From Gammaproteobacteria bacterium (GTDB taxonomy: Bacteria > Pseudomonadota > Gammaproteobacteria > Steroidobacterales > Rariloculaceae), in contig JBJHBT010000012.1 of assembly GCA_050485645.1 (NCBI GenBank), forward strand, positions 2,597 to 66,596: a stretch of DNA of 64,000 bases, given 5' to 3'. A model generated the notes under the pieces. It saw only the letters and a program-made list of their open reading frames with translations, was not told where the DNA came from and ran no database searches. Shown here piece after piece: positions 53,330-60,762 of the stretch. A program made the position numbers and the translations under genes. Within the stretch, counting starts at the first letter, position 1; the number at the start of each line of letters is the position of its first letter.

Positions 53330-54817
53330 GTGACAGGGCTCACAGCCGTGGCCACTTGCCTGCGTCACAATCACCAAGTTCAGGATGGTTCTCTTCTGGT
53401 TAAGGTCGCAGTGGTGTTGCAGGACGACGATTTTCTCTCGACGGCCGGTTCGGATACCGGCAACAGGACTCGTGCCAGTGCGAGCCTGCGGTTCATGGAG
53501 CACTATCTGCGAGGAGACGGTGGGCGAGGAGACGGTGGGCGAGAAGACGGTGCGCGAGGCGAGGGCGGCAACCGTCTGACCGGGCTCCTCCTCGGTCAGC
53601 TGGACGCGTTCAATCGCATCAGCACCACGTTCGGCCACGATGCCTCCAGCGCCTTCTGCGCACGCTATACCACCGGACTTCGAGACCTGCTGCCCGAAGG
53701 CACGCCGGTAATACGCCTGTCGGAACGCCGGTTCGCGATCCTGCTGCGACTGGACAGTGTCTCGGCGGTCGTCGATGTGGCCGCCGGCCTGGCGGATCGC
53801 AGTCAGCCATACATGGAACACGGCGACGATCGCTTCATCGTCGACCTGACCCTCGGTATCGCCGTGTACCCGACGCATGCCGACGATGCGGCCACTCTGT
53901 TCAGGCGTGCCGAACTGGCGCTCAAGGAGGCCCGCGACCAGGAACTGACGTTCGACATGTATCAGCCGGAGTCGACACAGCAGCACGCCGCGCTGTGGAA
54001 GCTGGAAAGCGACCTGGACAGCGCGGTGCGCGAGGGACAGCTGGAGGTTTTCTATCAGCCGCAGCTGGAGCTCGGGCGTCCCCATGTCGGGGGACTCGAG
54101 GCGCTGGTGAGATGGCGACGCAGGTCCGGCCAGTTCGTGCCGCCGGAGGAATTCATTCCGATCGCCGAACGCGGTGGCAGCATCGTGCCGATCACCTGGT
54201 TCGTGTTCGACTCGGTGGCCGCGCACGCGGCCTCCTGGGCGGCCCTGCCGAAACCGTTAAATGTGGCGGTGAACCTTTCACCGTCGGTGCTCGGCCATCG
54301 CGAGCTGGATTCGCGGCTCGACCGGCTGCGGCGGACGCTGGCAGGCCACGGGATCGGTCTGTCGGTGGAGATTACCGAAGACAGCCTGGTGCAGAACTCG
54401 GAAGCCACTCCGGCGAGCCTGAAACGACTGCGCGATGCCGGGATCGGACTTGCGATCGACGATTTCGGCAAGGGTTACTCGTCACTTACCTACCTCAAAC
54501 AGATACCGGCGACAGAGATCAAGATCGACCGACACTTCGTGTCGTCGATCGCGAAAGACGACACGGACAGGGAGATCGTGCGCAGTGTGGTCGATCTGGC
54601 ACATGCATTGAACATGCGCGTCGTTGCCGAGGGCGTGGACAGCAGTGACAACCTTGAAGTCGTCACCCGTCTGGGGTGTGAGGTGGCACAGGGGTTCTTC
54701 ATCGCCCGTCCGATGCGGGCGGATCTCGTGTACGACTGGATCAACAGCCACGCGGTGGCGACCAGGAGCCTCGAAGCGAAAACGCGCGCCGCGGCTGCGT
54801 TGCGTCCCGACACCTAG
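53330..54817 (+). CDS. Degenerate-GGDEF / EAL domain protein (probable c-di-GMP phosphodiesterase)
   Basis: The GGDEF-like domain lacks the motif (SERRFAILL sits where GG[DE]EF is expected). The EAL domain is intact (LEALVRW, DDFGKGYSSLTYLK, EIKIDRHF). Start is uncertain (GTG 53330, GTG 53411 with AAGG RBS, or ATG 53495). Confidence 0.85.
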   Translation: MTGLTAVATCLRHNHQVQDGSLLVKVAVVLQDDDFLSTAGSDTGNRTRASASLRFMEHYLRGDGGRGDGGREDGARGEGGNRLTGLLLGQLDAFNRISTTFGHDASSAFCARYTTGLRDLLPEGTPVIRLSERRFAILLRLDSVSAVVDVAAGLADRSQPYMEHGDDRFIVDLTLGIAVYPTHADDAATLFRRAELALKEARDQELTFDMYQPESTQQHAALWKLESDLDSAVREGQLEVFYQPQLELGRPHVGGLEALVRWRRRSGQFVPPEEFIPIAERGGSIVPITWFVFDSVAAHAASWAALPKPLNVAVNLSPSVLGHRELDSRLDRLRRTLAGHGIGLSVEITEDSLVQNSEATPASLKRLRDAGIGLAIDDFGKGYSSLTYLKQIPATEIKIDRHFVSSIAKDDTDREIVRSVVDLAHALNMRVVAEGVDSSDNLEVVTRLGCEVAQGFFIARPMRADLVYDWINSHAVATRSLEAKTRAAAALRPDT

Positions 54818-54841
54818 CCGTTCGCCGCGTCCGCTGCGCGT

Positions 54842-56206
54842 CTATGGCATCGGCAGGAAACTCGACGCTATCGCGAAGTAGATCAGCACACCGGCGATGT
54901 CGGCTATGGATGTGATCAGCGGCGCGCTGGCGGTGGCGGGATCGAAGCCCAGCCGCGTGAGTATGAATGGCAGGGTCATGCCGATCGTACTGCCGGTGAT
55001 GACGATAAGTATCATTGCCGACGAAACGACCAGCGCGATCTCGGGTCCACCACGCACCACGCCGATCAGTGACACGGCCAGCGCCATCGACAGCCCCAGC
55101 AGCGCGGCCACGAACAGTTCGCGGCCGATCAGGCTGCCCCAGTCCTTCATCTGTACATCGCCGGTGGCCAATGCGCGCACCATCAGTGTCGCCGACTGTG
55201 AGCCGGCATTGCCGCCGGATGCGATCAGAATCGGCAGGAAGAACAGCAGCGCCAGGTAGGCGGCGATCGTCTCCTCGTACGCCGCGATGCCGGCGCCGGA
55301 AAAAATATTGCCGAACACCAGAACAACGAGCCAGACGATGCGCGCGCGATACAGCATGAACACACCGGCGTCGCGCACATTCGTTACCAGTTTGGAAACG
55401 GTACCGGCTTTCTGGAAGTCTTCCGTCGCTTCTTCCTGGAGGACGTCCAGCGCGTCGTCGTGCGTGACGATGCCGACAAGGCGGTTCTCGCTGTCGACAA
55501 CCGGAATGGCCAGTACGTCGTACTTGGCGATCTTGCCGGCCACGTCTTCCTGGTCGTCGTCGACGTGCACGGCAATGGGATTGCGTTCCATCAGTCGACC
55601 GACCGTTGCCTTGGACGGGGCGAGTATCAGGTCCTGAAGGCGAACCGACCCGATCAGCCGCCGTTCGTCATCGATCACATAGGCGCGGTAGATCGTTTCC
55701 TTGTCCGGTGCCTCGCGCCGCAGTTTTTCGATGGCTTCCGCGGCGGTCTGAGGCTGGGCCACGGTTGCGTAGTCCGAGGTCATGATCGCGCCGGCGGTAT
55801 CTTCCTCGTACGACGACAGGCGGCGTATGTCCTCGCGCTCCGCCTGGGCCAGCGCCGGCAGCAACGCCTCCCTCTGTTCGCCGGACAGTTCGTTCAGCAG
55901 GTCGGCGCGTTCGTCGGAATTCATTTCTGTGACGATGCGGGCAAGCTCCGCACGGGTCAGCACCGTGGCCGCGTCCACCTGATTGTCTGGTTCCAGGTAA
56001 CCGAATACACCGGCCTTGCGCCGGTCCGGCAGCAGCCGCAGGACCTCAGCGGTTTCCTCAGGCGTCATTTCGGCAATGCACGCGGCGATGTCCGCGGCAT
56101 GCACCTCGCTCAATGCCAGCCGTATGCCTTCGAGATTGTTCTGTTGCAGGCGTTCGCGCAGTGCTTCGGTGGAGATGTTGGCGGTCATGGCAGAACTTCC
56201 TTGCAA
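54842..56206 (-). CDS. mgtE: Magnesium transporter MgtE
   Basis: 454 aa. MgtE N-domain, CBS pair (IGSVRLQDLI..., LVGIVTHDDALDVL) and C-terminal TM domain with GGNAGSQSATLMVRALA. Confidence 0.93.
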   Translation of the reverse strand: MQGSSAMTANISTEALRERLQQNNLEGIRLALSEVHAADIAACIAEMTPEETAEVLRLLPDRRKAGVFGYLEPDNQVDAATVLTRAELARIVTEMNSDERADLLNELSGEQREALLPALAQAEREDIRRLSSYEEDTAGAIMTSDYATVAQPQTAAEAIEKLRREAPDKETIYRAYVIDDERRLIGSVRLQDLILAPSKATVGRLMERNPIAVHVDDDQEDVAGKIAKYDVLAIPVVDSENRLVGIVTHDDALDVLQEEATEDFQKAGTVSKLVTNVRDAGVFMLYRARIVWLVVLVFGNIFSGAGIAAYEETIAAYLALLFFLPILIASGGNAGSQSATLMVRALATGDVQMKDWGSLIGRELFVAALLGLSMALAVSLIGVVRGGPEIALVVSSAMILIVITGSTIGMTLPFILTRLGFDPATASAPLITSIADIAGVLIYFAIASSFLPMP

Positions 56207-56436
56207 GGGATCCGGGGACGTAGCCGGTTACGGGCGGCGCGGGCCGGTGACAGGCATCGTCCCGCAGGCGGGAGTGGCCGTACCTGTCGCGGAGCGCGAA
56301 GTTGGCCTGGGGCCGGACGCTGCGGATGCCCGGTCCGCCTGCCAGGTCGACGGCGAGCAGTTTACGTCAGAACCTCGGCGCGATGCATCGTGCAATAATG
56401 GCCAAATCGACCGCAGCTTTTCCGGAGTCAACTCAC

Positions 56437-56751
56437 ATGGCGTACAACCGCAACCATGCCCGTGCATTGTGTAATGCCAATGAACTGGCGCTCTTCGAGG
56501 CCAGTCTCGCTGACAGCATCGAGGCGCATTCGGCCGCCGCACTCAGGGACAAAATCAAGCGGGCGCGAACATTGCGCGACAAGTACCGTGATCTGTACAA
56601 GCGTCAGCGTCTGGCCACGCGTGATCGCACCGGAACGAAAAAAGGTGTGCGGTCCGACAGCAACGCGCGCACCGACAGCAAGGCCAGACTTTTCGACGAA
56701 GTCCTCAAGCGCTTCCAGACGCGGGCCGACGCGCTGGCGAAGCGGCAGTAG
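56437..56751 (+). CDS. Hypothetical small basic protein
   Basis: 104-aa Lys/Arg-rich ORF (MAYNRNHARALCNANELALFEASL...) upstream of and co-oriented with the Kdo-type operon. No motif recognised. Confidence 0.4.
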   Translation: MAYNRNHARALCNANELALFEASLADSIEAHSAAALRDKIKRARTLRDKYRDLYKRQRLATRDRTGTKKGVRSDSNARTDSKARLFDEVLKRFQTRADALAKRQ

Positions 56752-56818
56752 TTCCCGTATCGACGGGGGCGGCACCACCAGCCGCGTGACGTCGGCCGGG
56801 CCGCTGAGGCAGCGGGGT

Positions 56819-58156
56819 ATGAGGTTCGTCGTTGATCTGATCTGGCTGCTGTTCGGGCTGCTGGCTTCGCCTTGGCTGCTGTACAGGGCGGTCGTGACTG
56901 GCGGGTGGCGGCGTCTGCCGGCGAGGCTGGGATCGGAGGTTTCCAGCCCCGCGCCTGCCGGTATCTGGCTGCACGGTGCGTCCGTGGGTGAGGTGACGCT
57001 GCTCAGGCCGCTGGTGGCACGCTTGGAGCGTGAGCTGCCGCATCTGCCGCTGACCATTTCGGCGGTGACCTCCACCGGCGCCGCCGCCGCCCACAAGCTC
57101 TGGCCGCAACACCACGTCGTGCTGCTGCCGCTCGATCTGTCGTTTATCGTGCGCCGCGTGATGGGTCGCATGGCGCCGCGCATGATCGTGATCGTCGAGG
57201 CGGATTTCTGGCCCAACTTTCTGCTGGCCGCCGACGCACGCCGCATACCGGTTGTGGTGGTGAATGCGCGCGTATCGGAGCGATCGGCGCGCCGGCTGCT
57301 GCGCACGCGCGTCGTTCCCGGCGTTCTGCGTCGCACGGCCATGATCGCGGCGCAGAACGAGACGTTCCGGCAGCGGTTCGTGTCGCTTGGCATCCCGGTG
57401 CGGCAGACCCTGGTGACCGGCAACATGAAGTACGATCAGGTTGCCACTTCCGCCGAACCCGGGCGCGACGGACTGCGAATGTCGCTGGGCTACGCGCGCG
57501 ACGAACTGATCCTGATCGGTGGCAGTCTGCATGCCGGCGAGGACGAAGTCGTGCTGGAAGCCTTTCGGAATCTGCGTCGCGTGCAGCCGGTCAGACTGAT
57601 TCTGGTGCCGCGATATCCCGTGGAGGCCGCCGCGATCGCGGCGCGTATCGCGGCGACCGGTGACAGCGTCACGCTCAGAAGCCAGCCCGGCGGCGCGGCG
57701 CCGCCGGATGTCCTGGTGGTGGACACGCTGGGTGAGCTGGCCGGCCTGTATGCGCTGGCGGACATCGCGTTTGTCGGCGGCAGTCTGTATTTCCGCGGCG
57801 GCAACAAGGGCGGACACAACCTGATGGAACCGGCGGTTGCCGGCCTGCCGGTGCTGTTCGGGCCCCACCACTACAGTTTTCGCGATACCGTGGCGGATCT
57901 GCTCGCGGCCGGAGGCGGCATGCAGGTGCATGACAGCGTGGAACTGACGCAGGCGCTGGTCGCGCTGGGTACCGATCCGGAGCGGCGCAGGGCAGTCGGA
58001 GCGGCGGCCCGTCGGGTTGTGACTGACGGTCAGGGCGCCACGCAGCGCAACTTCGAGCTGCTTCGCGAACTGCTGGTGGAGCCGGGCGATGGCTTGCGAC
58101 CGCAGGGCTTTGACATCACAATGCTTCGCACGACACCCGGCACGGATACAGGATGA
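56819..58156 (+). CDS. 3-deoxy-D-manno-octulosonic acid (Kdo) transferase family protein, divergent paralog
   Basis: ATG 56819. GT30 N-domain pattern IWLHGASVGEV...ISAVTSTG...VEADFWPNFLL...VVVVNARVSERS and C-domain GGSL...GGHNLMEPAVAGLPVLFGPHHYSFRD. The track ORF start at 56456 is an upstream extension. Confidence 0.8.
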   Translation: MRFVVDLIWLLFGLLASPWLLYRAVVTGGWRRLPARLGSEVSSPAPAGIWLHGASVGEVTLLRPLVARLERELPHLPLTISAVTSTGAAAAHKLWPQHHVVLLPLDLSFIVRRVMGRMAPRMIVIVEADFWPNFLLAADARRIPVVVVNARVSERSARRLLRTRVVPGVLRRTAMIAAQNETFRQRFVSLGIPVRQTLVTGNMKYDQVATSAEPGRDGLRMSLGYARDELILIGGSLHAGEDEVVLEAFRNLRRVQPVRLILVPRYPVEAAAIAARIAATGDSVTLRSQPGGAAPPDVLVVDTLGELAGLYALADIAFVGGSLYFRGGNKGGHNLMEPAVAGLPVLFGPHHYSFRDTVADLLAAGGGMQVHDSVELTQALVALGTDPERRRAVGAAARRVVTDGQGATQRNFELLRELLVEPGDGLRPQGFDITMLRTTPGTDTG

Positions 58157-58989
58157 CCAAGAAACACGTACAGGTTGGCGATATCGACTGCGGTTCGGAT
58201 CAGCTTTTCCTGATTTCCGGGCCCTGCGTGATCGAAGCCGAGTCGATGATGATGAACACGGCGGAGCGGCTCAAGAAGATCGCCGAATCGCTGGGTGTTC
58301 CGCTGGTGTTCAAGTCGTCCTTTTCCAAGGACAACCGCAGCTCGCTGGACTACTACCAGGGGCCGGGCCTCGACGAAGGGCTGAAAATCCTGGAGAAGGT
58401 CAAACGCGAGTTCGACCTGCCGGTACTCACCGACATCCACTATCCGAACCAGGCCGCGCCCGCGGCTGACGTGGTCGACATACTGCAGATTCCCGCCTAT
58501 CTGTGCATGCAGACCGAACTTGTGGTCGCCGCAGCGAAGACCGGCAAGGTGGTGAATATCAAGCATGGCCAGTTCATCGCACCGGACAACATGGCCAAAC
58601 CGGTGAAGAAGATCGAGGCGGTGGGCAATGAGCAGATCATCGTCACCGAACGCGGCTATACCTTTGGTTACAACGATCTGATCGTGGATCCGCGTGCCTT
58701 TCTGCTGTTGAACCAGATCGGTTATCCGGTGGTGTTCGACATCACGCATACCATTCGCAAGTACGGCATCCCCAGCAAGGATCCGCGTGGCGGCACTCGT
58801 GAGTTTCTGGCGGTACTGGCGCGCGCCGGTGTCGCGGCCGGCATCGACGGCATCTTCATCGAAGCGCATCCCAACCCGCCGGAAGCACTTTGCGACGCCG
58901 CGAGTCAGTACTACCTCGATCAGCTGGCCGAATTCGTCAAGCCGCTGCTCGAAATACACAATCTGGTCCGATCTCAGCAGAAGATCTGA
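58153..58989 (+). CDS. kdsA: 3-deoxy-8-phosphooctulonate (Kdo8P) synthase KdsA, Cys-type (metal-dependent-like) variant
   Basis: ATGA overlap with the upstream stop. Collinear with E. coli KdsA as I recall it (FKSSFSKDNRSS, LQIPAYLCMQT, FDITHT, FIEAHPNP). Cys25 in GPCVIE sits where E. coli has Asn (GMNVLE). Confidence 0.92.
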   Translation: MTKKHVQVGDIDCGSDQLFLISGPCVIEAESMMMNTAERLKKIAESLGVPLVFKSSFSKDNRSSLDYYQGPGLDEGLKILEKVKREFDLPVLTDIHYPNQAAPAADVVDILQIPAYLCMQTELVVAAAKTGKVVNIKHGQFIAPDNMAKPVKKIEAVGNEQIIVTERGYTFGYNDLIVDPRAFLLLNQIGYPVVFDITHTIRKYGIPSKDPRGGTREFLAVLARAGVAAGIDGIFIEAHPNPPEALCDAASQYYLDQLAEFVKPLLEIHNLVRSQQKI

Positions 58990-59015
58990 ATCCGGCTCAA
59001 CCTGAAGGTTATTCC

Positions 59016-60053
59016 ATGGAACTGTATCTGGACTCCGTCGATTTCAAGGAGATCGAAACCGCGTTCGAATTCGGCTTTCTGAAAGGGCTGACAACCACGC
59101 CGACATTCATGCATCGTCACGGCATCACGGATGTCGACGGTGCCATCGTGAAGCTGTCCGGCATGGTGCCTGAGCTACAGGTTGAGGCGCTTGGCGATAC
59201 GCCCGACGAGATTCTTCGTGAAGCCGAACGTATTCTGGCGCTTCCCGGCCTCCAGCAGGCACCGGTATTCAAGGTGCCGATTTCCAACGCCGGTGTGAAA
59301 GCCTGTGATCGGCTGACGAGGAAGGGTTATCGGGTCAACGTGCACCTGATCTATACGTTGAACCAGGCCTACATGGCGATGGCGGCGGGCGCTGCGTTCG
59401 TGTGTCCGCTGGCGGGGCGCCTCCAGGACCAGGGCCATGACGCGATCAAGCTGTTTGAGCAATGCGTCGATGTGATCGTTACCCATGGCTATGATGCCAA
59501 GGTCATGTTCTCGTCCGTGCGTCATGCCGAGCATGTGCGTCAGGCGCTGTTGTGCGGCGTGCATGTGTGCACCGTGCCTTTCGGCGTCATCAATAATCTA
59601 TGCGAGAACTCGTTGACGACCGTGGGTACCGCCCAGTTCCGCGAGCACACGCAGCTGATGACGCTCAAGGTCCGCGACCTGATGGGCAGCGTCAATCCGG
59701 TATGTGAAGCGTCCGAGACGCTGAGCTCGGCGATGGTGAAAATGACGGAATCCAGGCTCGGTATCGTCAATCTCGTCGACGGCGAAGGCCGCATGGCGGG
59801 TGTGTTCACCGATGGCGATCTGCGCCGCAAACTGCAGGAAGGCGGACGCCGGATTCTCGACAAGACGCTTGCGGAGATCGGCTTCTCGCCGAGCCCGGTC
59901 AGCATACCGAAAGACAGCCTGCTCAACGAAGCGGTGAAACTGTTCAAGGAGTTCAAGGTCGACAGCATCGTGGTTCTGGACGGCGAACGTCCGGCCGGCG
60001 TGCTCGACATCCAGGACCTGGTGAAGCTGGGCCTGCTCGGCCCGCAGCGCTGA
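59016..60053 (+). CDS. Fusion protein: fructose-6-phosphate-aldolase/TalC-type TIM barrel plus KdsD/KpsF-type CBS pair
   Basis: The N-terminal 215 aa resemble E. coli FSA (MELYLDS.D, GLTTTP, Schiff-base Lys context VFKVPIS..G.KA). The C-terminal 125 aa is a CBS pair with GVFTDGDLRRKL, nearly identical to the KdsD motif GIFTDGDLRR. No SIS domain. Confidence 0.75.
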   Translation: MELYLDSVDFKEIETAFEFGFLKGLTTTPTFMHRHGITDVDGAIVKLSGMVPELQVEALGDTPDEILREAERILALPGLQQAPVFKVPISNAGVKACDRLTRKGYRVNVHLIYTLNQAYMAMAAGAAFVCPLAGRLQDQGHDAIKLFEQCVDVIVTHGYDAKVMFSSVRHAEHVRQALLCGVHVCTVPFGVINNLCENSLTTVGTAQFREHTQLMTLKVRDLMGSVNPVCEASETLSSAMVKMTESRLGIVNLVDGEGRMAGVFTDGDLRRKLQEGGRRILDKTLAEIGFSPSPVSIPKDSLLNEAVKLFKEFKVDSIVVLDGERPAGVLDIQDLVKLGLLGPQR

Positions 60054-60057
60054 TCTC

Positions 60058-60741
60058 ATGTTTGAGCCGGCAGAGCTGCAGGCTCGCTACACGGCATCCG
60101 GCGCTTCGTTCCTGACGCCCGCCACGACGCTGGCGGCGCGGGTCGCGTCGCTGCGCGGCATCGTGTTCGACTGGGACGGCGTATTCAATGCCGGCGTCAA
60201 GGGCGAACACATGCCCAGTCCGTTCAGCGAGCCCGATTCCATGGGAACCAACCTGTTGCGGTACGGGCTGTGGCTGCGCGAACAGCGGCTGCCCGTCGCG
60301 GCAATCGTGTCCGGCGCGGCCAACCCCGACGCGGTGGCGTTCGCCAGACGCGAGCATTTTCAGGCGGTGTATCCCGGCGTGCGTAACAAGGCGGACGCGG
60401 TGGCGGCCCTGTGCGCCGTCCATGGCGTGGACGCGTCACAGCTGGCGGTGGTGTTCGATGATGTCAATGATCTGCCGATGGCCGCCGAATGTGGCATGCG
60501 CTTTCTGGTGCGTCGCGCTAGCAGTCCACTGCTTGCGGAGTTCGCGGCGCGCGAGGGACTGTGCGACTACGTTACAGCCTGCGAGGGGGGGCGCCATGCA
60601 GTGCGTGAAGTCACGGAACTGCTGCTTGGTCTCACCGGCCGGTTCGAGCAGGTGATCCGCTCCCGGATAGCCTCCGATGATGCCTATGTGCGCTACTTCA
60701 ATGCGCGCCAGGCACTTGAAACCCGGCTTGAAAGCCACTGA
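60058..60741 (+). CDS. HAD-superfamily phosphatase, KdsC (Kdo8P phosphatase)-like with extended termini
   Basis: DxDGV motif (IVFDWDGVFNAG), RNKADAV...VVFDDVNDLPMAAECGM and GGRHAVREVTELLLG parallel the KdsC motifs. 227 aa versus about 180 for typical KdsC. Confidence 0.65.
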   Translation: MFEPAELQARYTASGASFLTPATTLAARVASLRGIVFDWDGVFNAGVKGEHMPSPFSEPDSMGTNLLRYGLWLREQRLPVAAIVSGAANPDAVAFARREHFQAVYPGVRNKADAVAALCAVHGVDASQLAVVFDDVNDLPMAAECGMRFLVRRASSPLLAEFAAREGLCDYVTACEGGRHAVREVTELLLGLTGRFEQVIRSRIASDDAYVRYFNARQALETRLESH

Positions 60742-60762
60742 TCCGCGTTACGGACGAGACAT

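Noticed and set aside
56207-56436. The 230-nt mgtE leader as a possible Mg-sensing riboswitch (M-box)
   Set aside because: I could not recognise M-box conserved elements by eye. The class is mainly known from Firmicutes, and confirming it would need a covariance-model scan.
51263-57931. ORFs 51263-52492 (+), 52979-54226 (-) and 56705-57931 (-)
   Set aside because: They are antisense to DUF1015, to the MaoC and EAL genes, and to the first WaaA-like gene respectively, with no motifs of their own.
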